Source: an uncultured delta proteobacterium
GTDB lineage: Bacteria > Myxococcota_A > Polyangia > Haliangiales > Haliangiaceae
NCBI GenBank assembly: GCA_963848295.1
Contig: CAWKDB010000002.1
Location: forward strand, 384,001 to 448,000
DNA length: 64,000 bases
Direction of reading: 5' to 3'
Part shown: piece by piece, positions 35,163 through 45,200 of the stretch
Position numbering within the stretch: position 1 is the stretch's first letter
Layout of the letters: every line of letters begins with the position of its first letter
Notes under the pieces: model-generated
Database searches by the model: none
What the model was told of the DNA's origin: nothing
The model's input: only the letters and a program-made list of their open reading frames with translations
Translations under genes and position numbers: made by a program

Positions 35163-36578
35163 ATGCCCCGAATGTTGGCGATGTTCGCGATCATCGGCGC
35201 GGCCGCCGGCTGTCACGGCCACGACGCGGCGCCACCGGCGAACGGCTCGGCCGCGCCAGCCGTGGTCGCCGCTGCGGATCCGTGCCGCCCGCTGTTCGCG
35301 CACGCCGAAGGCCAGCTGCGCTGGATCGCCGACGACTACGCCGGCGCCCTGGCCTGTGCGCAGAGCAAGCAGCTGCCGCTCGTCGTCGATCTGTGGGCGC
35401 CGTGGTGCCACACGTGCCTGTCGATGCAGACGACCGTGTTCACCGATCCGTCGTTCGCGACCGAGCGCGACAAGTTCGTGTTCGTGGCGCTCGATACCGA
35501 TCGCGAGGCGAACGCGGCGGCGCTCGGCAAGCTCGCGATCTCGGCGTGGCCGACGTACTACGTCCTCGACGACGGCGAGCACGTGCGCGCCCGGTTGGTC
35601 GGCTCGTCGAGCGTGCCGCAGTTCCACGCGTTTCTCGCCGCAGGTACCGCACGCGGCGCCGGGCCCGAAGAGCAGCTCGTGCTCGCCGAGCAAGCGCTCG
35701 CGGTCAAGGACCTCGATCATGCCGACCAGCTGTTCGACGCCGCGTTCGCCGCACTGCCGATGACGTTCGCGCGACGTCCGGAGGCGCTCGGCGCTTGGAT
35801 CCTGACGAAGCTCAAGCGCAAGGACTTCATGAGGTGCGGCAAGCTCGCGCTCGACGAGGCGAAGCACACCGGCAACGCGGCGGTCGCGAGTGACTTTCTC
35901 GGCACGGCGACGGCGTGCGCGGACGAGCTGGCGAAGTCCCCCGCCAACAAGGAGCTGGTCGCCTCGCTGCGCGAGCTCGCGATCGATCGCTGGATGCACC
36001 TCCTCGGCGATCCCGCCGCGCAGCTCTCGGTCGACGATCGCTCCGATGCGATGGCGAGCCTGCGCGAGACGCTCGATGCGGTCGGCAAGCACGGCGAAGC
36101 CAAGGCGATCGCCGAGGAGCAGCGCACGTTGCTCGATGCGACGGCAGCGAAGGCGCCGAGCGCGCTCGCCGCGATGACCTACAACTGGCCGCGCGCCGAG
36201 GTCTACGTCTATCTCGGCAAGCCGCTCGACCTCGTGCCCGCGCTCGAGAAGTCGGCGAAGGATCTGCCGCACGAGTACGATCCGCTCGCGCGGCTCGGCT
36301 GGTTGTACTGGAAGGCCGGCAAGCTGCCCGAAGCGGCGAAGGCCACCGACGGGGCGCTCGCGCTGGTCTACGGGCCGCGCAAAGGCCGCGTGCTATCGTT
36401 GCGCGCCGACATCGCCGCCGCCGCGAAGGATCCCGCGCAGCGCGGCTTCCGCGAGCAAGCGGTGAAGCTGTTCGAATCGCTGCCGGCGAGCCAGCAGAAC
36501 CCCGATGCGCTCGCCGCCGCGAAGGCCGCGCTCGCGGCGATCGATGCCCCGGCGACGAAGACCGCGGCCAAGCCGTGA
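35163..36578 (+). CDS. Thioredoxin-family lipoprotein with TPR-like helical C-terminus
   Basis: Lipobox [26 protein letters not shown]. Confidence 0.85.
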   Translation: MPRMLAMFAIIGAAAGCHGHDAAPPANGSAAPAVVAAADPCRPLFAHAEGQLRWIADDYAGALACAQSKQLPLVVDLWAPWCHTCLSMQTTVFTDPSFATERDKFVFVALDTDREANAAALGKLAISAWPTYYVLDDGEHVRARLVGSSSVPQFHAFLAAGTARGAGPEEQLVLAEQALAVKDLDHADQLFDAAFAALPMTFARRPEALGAWILTKLKRKDFMRCGKLALDEAKHTGNAAVASDFLGTATACADELAKSPANKELVASLRELAIDRWMHLLGDPAAQLSVDDRSDAMASLRETLDAVGKHGEAKAIAEEQRTLLDATAAKAPSALAAMTYNWPRAEVYVYLGKPLDLVPALEKSAKDLPHEYDPLARLGWLYWKAGKLPEAAKATDGALALVYGPRKGRVLSLRADIAAAAKDPAQRGFREQAVKLFESLPASQQNPDALAAAKAALAAIDAPATKTAAKP

Positions 36579-36656
36579 TCGTCATTCGCGCGCGACGAGC
36601 TTGACCGCGAGCGGCGCTCCACGCCAAGCGCGGAATGTCCGGGGGCCGACGGCGGT

Positions 36657-37658
36657 ATGCTTCCGAGCATGAAGCCGCGGACCCTGCTTGGAGTCGTCGC
36701 GCCGATCGTCGGGCTAGGTGCGAGCGTCGCGAGCATGATCGACTACGTCTCGCCCGCGACGTTCTGCTCCGAGGCCGGCTGCGCCACCGTCCGCGCTTCG
36801 GCGTGGTCGCATCCACTCGGCGTGCCGATGCCGCTCGTCGGCGTCGCGTACTTCGCGGTCATGACCGCGCTCGCGTTTGTCGATCGGCCGCGGCTCCGGC
36901 GCGCCCTCGCGCTCGTCGGCGGCGCCTGGGCGCTGATGTTGATCGCGTTGCAAACGTTCGTGATCGGCGCGTGGTGCAAGCTGTGTATGATCGCCGACCC
37001 CGCGGCGATCGTCGGCGCGCTCGCGATCTTCGCCGGCGCGACCACGGTGCGGCCGCGGTGGCGCCACCTCGCGGTCGCGGTGCCCGGCCTCGCCGGTCTC
37101 GCGGTCGCGCTCGTCGCACTAGGGCATCACGCGACCGTCGATCTGCCGCCCGGCACGCCTGCCTGCATCGCAGCCGAACAGCAACCCGGCGTCGTCACGA
37201 TCGTCGAGTTTGTCGACTTCGAATGCCCGTTCTGCCGCGCGCTCGCGCCGAAGCTGTCCGACGCGATCGGCAAAGCGACGCCGCCGATCCGCGTCGTGCG
37301 CAAGATGGTGCCGCTCGAGCGCCACGAGCACGCGATGCCCGCCGCGATCGCGTGGTGCTGCGCGAACGCGCAAGGTCGCGGCGACGACATGGCCGCTGCG
37401 CTGTTCGCCGCGGATCCGGCAGACCTCACACCCGACGGTTGCGAGAAGATCGCGACGCGACTCGGGCTCGACCTGGTGCGCTATCGCACGACGTTCGCCG
37501 ACCCGACGACCCGCGCGGCGATCGACCGCGACGTCGCCGAAGCTCACGCCGCGGCGGTGCAAGGATTTCCCACCGTGTTCATCGGCGGTCAGCGGATCGA
37601 AGGCGCGGATCACTCGGTGTCCGAGCTCGTCGCCGCGATCGATCGCGCACCGCGCTGA
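36657..37658 (+). CDS. VKOR-DsbA (thioredoxin) fusion
   Basis: VKOR loop CSEAGC and WCKLC; C-terminal EFVDFECPFC...VQGFPTVFIGG. Confidence 0.9.
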   Translation: MLPSMKPRTLLGVVAPIVGLGASVASMIDYVSPATFCSEAGCATVRASAWSHPLGVPMPLVGVAYFAVMTALAFVDRPRLRRALALVGGAWALMLIALQTFVIGAWCKLCMIADPAAIVGALAIFAGATTVRPRWRHLAVAVPGLAGLAVALVALGHHATVDLPPGTPACIAAEQQPGVVTIVEFVDFECPFCRALAPKLSDAIGKATPPIRVVRKMVPLERHEHAMPAAIAWCCANAQGRGDDMAAALFAADPADLTPDGCEKIATRLGLDLVRYRTTFADPTTRAAIDRDVAEAHAAAVQGFPTVFIGGQRIEGADHSVSELVAAIDRAPR

Positions 37659-37670
37659 TACACTCCGGCG

Positions 37671-37990
37671 ATGCATCGAATGCTCGTCGCGCTGCTCGCG
37701 CTATCGGCGTGTCGGCCGCCTGCGAGGGCGAGCCCGAGAGCGGCGGTGTTCGATCTGCCGGTCGAGCTCGACTCCGATCGATTCTTTCTCGCGACGAAGA
37801 CGGCGTCGGGCGAACCGCTCCGGCTATACCTCGACAGCGCGGGCGGCATGCACCTCACCACCGGGGCAGCGAAGCGACTCGCGTTGCCGATCACGAACGA
37901 ACCCGGCGATGACGGCAAGCCGCAGCCGATGGCCGCGTTCCCCGTCCTCGCCGACGCGCACATCCCGCGCCCGGCCGGGCCGCGCGGCGT
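37671..37990 (+). pseudogene. Truncated lipoprotein with aspartyl-protease-like N-terminus
   Basis: Lipobox LSAC; RFFL...LRLYLDSAGG; frame runs into the 3' end of prfB on the opposite strand (formal stop at 38087). Confidence 0.5.
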
Positions 37991-39121
37991 TAGGTGCTTG
38001 TCTTCGCGTTCGCGGCCATCAGCAGCTGCGTCCGGATCAGCTCGTCGAGATCGCCATCGAGCACGCCGTCGACGTTCGAGGTCTTGAGATCGGTGCGGTG
38101 GTCCGCGACCTGCTGGTACGGGAACAGCACGTAGCTGCGAATCTGCGAGCCCCACTCGATCTTGAGGCGCGCTTTCGCGTCTTCGGCCGCCTTCGCTTCG
38201 CGCTTCGCGAGCTCGTAATCGTAGATCTTGCTTCGCAGCATCTTCATCGCCTTCGCTTTGTTCGAGTGCTGGCTGCGCTCGTTCTGGCATTGCACGACGA
38301 TGCCGGTCGGCATGTGGGTGATGCGCACCGCAGAGTCGGTCTTGTTGACGTGCTGACCGCCGGCGCCGCCCGCGCGGTACGTATCGATCTTGAGATCCTT
38401 TTCGTCGATGTCGACTTCGATGTCGTCATCGATGTCGGCGGTGACCGTGACCGCGGCGAACGAGGTCTGGCGCCGGCCGTTCGCATCGAACGGCGAGACT
38501 CGGACGAGGCGATGCACGCCGTTCTCGGCCTTGAGCAGGCCGTACGCGTAGTCACCCGCGACCGTGAACGCCGCGCTCTTGATCCCGGCCTCTTCCGCGA
38601 ACGTCTCGTCGAGGACTTCGACCTTCCAGCCCTTGCGCTCGCAGTAGCGGATCAACATCCGCATCAACATCATCGCCCAGTCGCTCGCGTCGACGCCGCC
38701 CGCGCCTGCCGTGATCTGGACGATCGCACCGCCGCCGTCGAGCTCGCCCGACAGCATGCGGCGGAACTCGATATCGTCGAGCGCGCGCTTGACGCCGGCG
38801 ACCGCGGCCTCGGCTTCCTTCGCGGAGGCTTCGTCGGCCGCTTCCTCGGCCAGATCGAGCAGGACGTCGGCGTCGGATAGCGCGCGCACCTGCGCGTCCC
38901 ACCCGCCGACGATCTGCTCGAGCCCCTTCTTGTCGCGCAGCACGCTCTGCGCCTTCTTCTGGTCGTCCCAGAAGCTCGGCTTGGCCGCGATCGAATCGAG
39001 CTCCTCGATCTTCAGGCGCTTGTGTTCGACGTCAAAGTAACCCCCGGAGCTCGGCCACCTTCGCGGACAGCTCCTTGAGTTGCGCGCGCACCGCGCGGAT
39101 ATCGACGGATTCGATCGCCAT
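37990..39121 (-). CDS. prfB: Peptide chain release factor 2, programmed +1 frameshift
   Basis: ORF1 [29 protein letters not shown] ends CTT-TGA-C (39031-39037) after a GGGGG SD-like run; ORF2 has SPF and GGQ motifs. Confidence 0.97.
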
Positions 39122-39133
39122 AGATAACTCGTT

Positions 39134-40525
39134 CTATACCCGGGCGCGCCGCAGGCTGACAAGCTGAGCGTCGCCGAGTGCGACCGGGTACTTGCCGGTG
39201 AAGCACGCCGAACAGTAACCGCGACCCTCGGCGGCAGCCGCGCCGGCCACCGCCTCCATCATGCCTTCGTGGGACAGGTACGCGAGTGAATCGCTCGTGA
39301 CGTACTTGTTGATCTCGTCGATCGAGTGCGAGGACGCGACAAGCTCGCTGCGCGTCGGCGTGTCGATCCCGTAGTAGCAAGGGTTCGTCGTCGGCGGCGC
39401 GCTGATTCGCAAGTGGACCTCACGCGCGCCGGCGCCGCGCAGCATCTTGACGATCTTGCGCGACGTCGTGCCGCGAACGAGCGAGTCGTCGACGACGATC
39501 ACCCGCTTGCCGTCGACCAGGGCGCGCACCGGCGAGAGCTTGAGCCGGACGCCGAAGTGGCGGATCGAATCCTGCGGCTCGATGAACGTGCGACCGACGT
39601 AGTGCGAGCGAATCAGGCCCATCTCGAACGGGATGCCGATCTTGCGCGAGTAACCGACCGCCGCCGGCACGCCGGAGTCCGGCACCGGGATCACGACATC
39701 GGCGTCGGCCGGAGCCTCTTGCGCGAGGCGCTGTCCCATCCGCTCGCGCGCGCGGTACACCGAGCGGCCGTTGACGAGCGAGTCGGGCCGCGCAAAATAG
39801 ACGTGCTCGAACACGCAAAATGTTTGGGCCGTCGGGTCGGCGAGCTTGTGCGACGTCATGCCGCCCTTCTCGATCACGACCACTTCGCCGGGCTCGACGT
39901 CGCGCAGGTAGTCGGCCTCGATCAGATCGAACGCGCACGTCTCCGACGACAGCACGTAAGAGTCTTTGAGCCGGCCGATCACCAGGGGGCGGAATCCGTT
40001 CGGATCGCGCACCCCGATCATCTTCTCGTCGTTCGTGAGCAAGACGAGGGAGTACGCCCCGCGCACCCGGCGCAGCGCGGAGATCAGCTTCGTGACGATG
40101 TCGGGCTCGCGCGCCTTCGCCATCAGGTGGACGATCACTTCGGTGTCGCTCGAGGTCTGAAAGATCGAGCCCTGCGCTTCGAGCTCGGCGCGGAGCTCGG
40201 CCGCGTTCACCAGGTTGCCGTTGTGGGCGATCGTCAGCGCGCCTCCGGAGTACTCGAACAGGAACGGCTGGGCATTGCGCAGCTCTGACGATCCCGCGGT
40301 CGAGTACCGGACGTGGCCGATCGCGGCCGGCCCGGGCAGCGTCGCCAGCGTCTCGCGGTCGAACGTCTCGGACACCAGGCCCATCGCGGCGTGGCGACGG
40401 AGACGGCCGTTATTCGTCGCGGCCAGCCCGGCAGACTCCTGGCCACGGTGCTGGAGGGCATGCATGCCCAGGTACGCGATGTTGGCCGCTTCATCGTGAC
40501 CGTGGATGCCGAAGACCCCACACAT
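39134..40525 (-). CDS. purF: Amidophosphoribosyltransferase
   Basis: [35 protein letters not shown], Fe-S cysteines (CYYG, CSAC). Confidence 0.98.
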   Translation of the reverse strand: MCGVFGIHGHDEAANIAYLGMHALQHRGQESAGLAATNNGRLRRHAAMGLVSETFDRETLATLPGPAAIGHVRYSTAGSSELRNAQPFLFEYSGGALTIAHNGNLVNAAELRAELEAQGSIFQTSSDTEVIVHLMAKAREPDIVTKLISALRRVRGAYSLVLLTNDEKMIGVRDPNGFRPLVIGRLKDSYVLSSETCAFDLIEADYLRDVEPGEVVVIEKGGMTSHKLADPTAQTFCVFEHVYFARPDSLVNGRSVYRARERMGQRLAQEAPADADVVIPVPDSGVPAAVGYSRKIGIPFEMGLIRSHYVGRTFIEPQDSIRHFGVRLKLSPVRALVDGKRVIVVDDSLVRGTTSRKIVKMLRGAGAREVHLRISAPPTTNPCYYGIDTPTRSELVASSHSIDEINKYVTSDSLAYLSHEGMMEAVAGAAAAEGRGYCSACFTGKYPVALGDAQLVSLRRARV

Positions 40526-40602
40526 GGACGGTGATTACCACGGCCGGCACGTCGCTGGGAAACTTGTGAATTCCGGCCGGTTGCCTTACCTTTTTTGTTA
40601 GC

Positions 40603-41511
40603 GTGCCACGCATTCTCTGGCGCGATGCGCAGGGCATCGAGGGTTCACTCGACCTGACCTCCACTGAGATCAGAGTAGGCCGCGCCATGGACTGCGCGAT
40701 CCGCACCGACGACGCGATGGTGTCTCGCCATCACTCGCGGATCTACTGGGGTGGCAGCGGCTACCTGCTCGAGGACCTCGGATCGGCGAACGGGGTGTAC
40801 TTCCAGGAGCAGCGCGTCCAGAGCCACATGTTCAAGCATGGCGACGCGGTCCGCTGCGGCAGCCTCTGGCTCCGGTTCGTCGACGTCGGGGGCGCGAGCC
40901 CGTCGCCGAGCACCGGTCAGCCGATGCAGCAACACCCGGGCATGGGGGCGATCGCGTCCGCCGGGCCAACCGGCCACGTTGCGGCCTTGCCGCACGCCCC
41001 ACCGTCGGGCGCACCGCCGGCAGCGGGCGGCGCGCCGGCTCAGGGCGGCGCCGCGAGCTCGGAGTCCGACAACGAGATCCGCGTCCTGCGTCGCCGGGTC
41101 GAGCAGCTGCAGACCGAGCTCCGCGTCTATCGCGCTCAGAAGTTCAACCAAGACGCGGCGCGCCGGATGGAAGATCTCGAGAACGATCTCTCCATGATGG
41201 AGATCGAGCGCGACAACATCAAGGGCAGGCTCGAAAAGGCCGAGCGCGAGCTGTTGGTCGAGGCCGGTAGCGTCAAGGTCAAGCGCGCGCTCGAGATCGC
41301 CGCGATGACCGCCGAAGTCGCCGCGACGCTCAACGACACGCTGTCGAGCCTGCGCATCGAGGTGATGGCCGCCGAGGGTGAGTTCGAGCAATATGCGCAC
41401 AACCTGCCGCGTGCGAGCTTCGAGCTGATCCGGCAGTCCCTCAAGGACGCCGCCGCGCACTGCGACCAAGCGCGCGAGATGCTCCGCAAGCTGCGCGAAG
41501 TCGCGGACTGA
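40603..41511 (+). CDS. FHA-domain protein with coiled coil and degenerate DHp-like C-terminus
   Basis: VGRAMDC...VSRHH...EDLGSANG FHA; long coiled coil. Confidence 0.85.
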   Translation: MPRILWRDAQGIEGSLDLTSTEIRVGRAMDCAIRTDDAMVSRHHSRIYWGGSGYLLEDLGSANGVYFQEQRVQSHMFKHGDAVRCGSLWLRFVDVGGASPSPSTGQPMQQHPGMGAIASAGPTGHVAALPHAPPSGAPPAAGGAPAQGGAASSESDNEIRVLRRRVEQLQTELRVYRAQKFNQDAARRMEDLENDLSMMEIERDNIKGRLEKAERELLVEAGSVKVKRALEIAAMTAEVAATLNDTLSSLRIEVMAAEGEFEQYAHNLPRASFELIRQSLKDAAAHCDQAREMLRKLREVAD

Positions 41512-41514
41512 CTC

Positions 41515-41608
41515 GGGGACGGTGTTCACCTTGTCAACCGGCGGCTGATCGGGATCGAAATGATTTCAGCGCCTTAGGTGGGGACGGTGTTCACTTTGTC
41601 AACCGGCG
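41515..41608 (+). repeat. Two 29-bp direct repeats separated by 36 bp
   Basis: GGGGACGGTGTTCACYTTGTCAACCGGCG at 41515-41543 and 41580-41608 (1 mismatch). Confidence 0.9.
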
Positions 41609-41701
41609 ACGGGGCCACGGTCTGGCGGAGCTGCCTCGTTCGTAGTCGAGCCGAAGCTGCCGAGGCTCGTTCACGAATATCTCGAATTGATCTAAATGGT
41701 T

Positions 41702-41725
41702 ACATCGATACAAATGTATCGATGT
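41702..41725. promoter_or_regulatory. Perfect 11-bp inverted repeat, operator-like
   Basis: ACATCGATACA-AA-TGTATCGATGT in an AT-rich patch just upstream of the ATG at 41772. Confidence 0.6.
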
Positions 41726-41771
41726 GTTTACAGTCACTGGACATCTGTCTTTGGCCGATTACATTTGGTGT

Positions 41772-42254
41772 ATGGCGGACGTCGTCGCCACCTCCCGACC
41801 CAGGCCTCGCAGCCGCGCGCAAACCGAATCGGTTGCGCGCCGGCGCCGCGATGACCGCTGGATCGGAACCACGGCGCTGTTCGCCGCGCTCCTCGCCCTG
41901 CCTCTCGCGCAGTCTAGCTGGCACGGATCAGAAGTCGCCGCGGTGCTCGCGGTCGCGGCGACCGCCTTGCTCGCCGGCGAGCGTTGGGCGATCGCCGTCG
42001 TCGCGGTGGCAGAGCTGCTGCTCGCTCCGAGTGTCGCCGCGCACGCATTCCTCGGAGGGCTCGCGCTGTGGCCCGGGCGGATCGCGTCGCTCGCGGCGCT
42101 GATCGCGATCGTCCCAGGCTTGCTCGCGCTCCGCCGCGCCGCCGCGACGCTCGTCATCGTCACGGGGCGCACACGCTCGCGCGCGATGTGCCGTCGGTTT
42201 CAGATCGGGCTCGTGATCGTCGGCGTGCTGGCCATGCTCGTGCCGCTGATCTAA
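41772..42254 (+). CDS. Small integral membrane protein
   Basis: MADVVATS...; several hydrophobic helices. Confidence 0.7.
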   Translation: MADVVATSRPRPRSRAQTESVARRRRDDRWIGTTALFAALLALPLAQSSWHGSEVAAVLAVAATALLAGERWAIAVVAVAELLLAPSVAAHAFLGGLALWPGRIASLAALIAIVPGLLALRRAAATLVIVTGRTRSRAMCRRFQIGLVIVGVLAMLVPLI

Positions 42255-42257
42255 GCG

Positions 42258-45200
42258 CTAGACCGTCGCGAGCCACGTGCGCGCGTTGCGAAACATCCGC
42301 ATCCACGGGCTGTCTTCGCCCCACTCGCGCGGGTGCCAGCTGAGCTGGACCGTGCGGAACACGCGCTCGGGGTGCGGCATGATCGCCGTGATCCGGCCAT
42401 CCGGTGACGTGACCGCGGCGATGCCTCGCGGCGAGCCGTTCGGGTTCGCCGGATATTGCTCGGTGACGACGCCGCGACCATCGCAAAATCGCGCCGCGAC
42501 CAAGTGCTGCGCTTCGAGCGCCGCGAGGTGATCCGCGTCGAGCTCGGCGCGACCTTCCCCGTGCGCGTTCGCGACCGGCAGCCACGATCCCGCCATGCCG
42601 CGGAGCAACACCGACGGGCTCTCCTCGATCTTGAGCAACACGAGCCGCGCCTCGAACCGCTCGCTGCGATTCTTGACGAACCGCGGCCAGCTCGCCCGCG
42701 TCGCCGGCACGAGCTCGGGCGCGAGCTCGGCGATCATCTGGCAGCCATTGCACACGCCGAGCACGAACGTGTTGCCGCGATCGACCAGCGCGCGCATCGC
42801 ATCGCTCGCGCGCTCGTTGTAGCGGAACGTCGACGCCCAGCCGCGGCCGGCGCCGAGCACATCGCCGAACGAGAAGCCGCCGCACGCGATGAGGCCGGCG
42901 CAGTCACGCAGATCGGCGCGGCCTTCGATCAGGTCGGTCATGTGGACATCGACCGCATCGAACCCGGCGCGCGTGAACGCCGCAGCCATCTCGGTCTGGC
43001 CGTTGACGCCCTGCTCTCGCACGATCGCGACCCGCGGCCGCGCGCCTGTCGCGATGTGCGGCGCGGCGATATCCTCGCTGGGATCGAACGTGACGTGCGC
43101 GCCGAGGCCGGCGTGGTCCGGATCGACACGCGTCGCGGCTTCGGCGTCGGCGCAGGCCGCGTCGTCGCGCCGGCGTGCGATCTGATGGGTGACGTACGAC
43201 CAGCGCGCCCGCAACGCCGACAGCGGCGCGGCGATCACCGGCGACCCGGCATGGACGACCCGCACGTGGCCGTCGCGCGTCGTCTGACCGATCGCGTGCA
43301 CGACGAGCCCGGCGGCAGACAGCACGGCGCGGACGTGGGCGGCGCGGTCCGGCGCGACCTCGACGATCGCGCCGAGCTCCTCGGCGAACAACGCGCGAAA
43401 CGGGTCGGCATCGACCGCGGTGACGTCGAGGTCCAAGCCACACCGCCCGGCGAACGCGATCTCGAGCGCGGTGACGATCGCGCCGCCGTCCGAGCGGTCG
43501 TGATAGGCGGTGATCGCGCGGTCGGCGACGAGCTGCTGGATCGCGCCGTAGAAGCGATGCAACTGGCGCGGCTGATCGACGTCGGGCGGCGCGTCGCCGA
43601 GCCGACCGTAGACTTGCGCGAGGCAACTGCCGCCGAGGCGATGCTGGTTCGATAGCTCGATCAGCAGCAACTCGCCACCGCGCGGCTCCGGCGTGACCGC
43701 GAGCCGGACGTCGTTGCACGGTCCGAACGCCGTGACGACGAGCGTGACCGGCGACGCGACGACGTTGCCGTTCCACCGCGTCGCCATCGAGGTCGAGTCT
43801 TTGCCGACCGGGATCGCGAGCCCGAGCGCGACCGCGAAGTCACTCGCCGCGCGCACCGCGTCGTACAGCCTCGCGTCTTCGCCAGCCGTGCCGACCGCGG
43901 CCATCCAGTTGCACGACAGCTTGACCCGGCCGAGCGGGCCGATCGGCGCCGCCGCGAGGTTCGTGATCGCCTCGCCGATCGCCAGCCGCGACGCCGCCGC
44001 CGCATCGAGCAGCGCGACCGGCGACCGTTCGCCGATCGCCATCACCTCGCCGGCGTAGCCGACATAGTCCGCGAGCGTCAGCGCGCAATCGGCGACCGGT
44101 ACCTGAAACGGCCCGACCATCGGATCGCGCGCGACGAGCCCGCCGACCGTGCGATCGCCGATCGCGATCAAGAACGTCTTGTCGGCGACCGTCGGCAGCC
44201 CGAGCACACCATCGAGCGCCTGCGCGATCGTCTCGCCGCCGAGCTCGAGCGCCTCGCGCGCCGGCCTCGCCGCGGCCCACGTCCGCGTTTGCTTCGGCGG
44301 GTTACCGAAGATCAGGTCGAGCGGGACGTCCACCGCCGGCTCGCCACGACCGGCGACGCGCAGCTGGCCGTCGTTCGTCGCGGTGCCGAGCCGGGCCCAC
44401 GGGGCTCGCTCGCGCGCACACAGGGCCGCGAAGTCCTCGAGCCGGTCGGGCGCGATCGCGAGCATGTAGCGCTCTTGCGCCTCGTTGCACCACAGCTCGA
44501 GCGGCGACAGATCCGGCTCTCCGGTCGGGATCGCGCGCAGGTCGACGAGCGCGCCGAGCCCGGCGTCGTGCACGATCTCGGGCAGCGCGTTCGACAGCCC
44601 GCCGGCGCCGACGTCGTGGATCGACAGGATCGGATTGTGCTCGCCCTGCCCCCAGCAGCGATCGATCACCTCTTGGCAGCGGCGTTCGATCTCCGCGTTG
44701 TCGCGCTGGACCGATGCGAAGTCGAGCTCCTCGGCCTGGGCGCCCTGCGCGACCGACGAGGCCGCACCGCCGCCGAGTCCGATCAGAAACGCCGGGCCAC
44801 CGAGCACGACGAGCGCGGCCCCGGCAGGGATCGGCGCCTTCGCGATGTCGCCCGCGCGGATCGCGCCGATGCCGCCGGCGAGCATCACCGGCTTGTGATA
44901 GCCGCGCACGAAACCCGCGCGCTCGGCGTGCTCGAACGCGCGAAAGTAGCCGAGGATCGCCGGGCGGCCGAACTCGTTGTTGTAGGCGGCAGCGCCGAGC
45001 GGCGCTTCGATCATGATGTCGAGCGCGCTCGCGATCCGATCCGGCTTGCCGATCCAGTCGCCGTGCTCCCAGCGCTCGAGCGCCCCGGGCAGGCGAAGGT
45101 TCGATACCGAGAAACCCACGAGCCCCGCCTTGGGCTTGCCGCCACGCCCGGTCGCGCCTTCGTCGCGCAGCTCGCCGCCCGAGCCGGTCGCCGCGCCCGC

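Noticed and set aside
41515..41608. CRISPR array
   Set aside because: Only two repeats and no cas genes in the window; kept as a direct repeat
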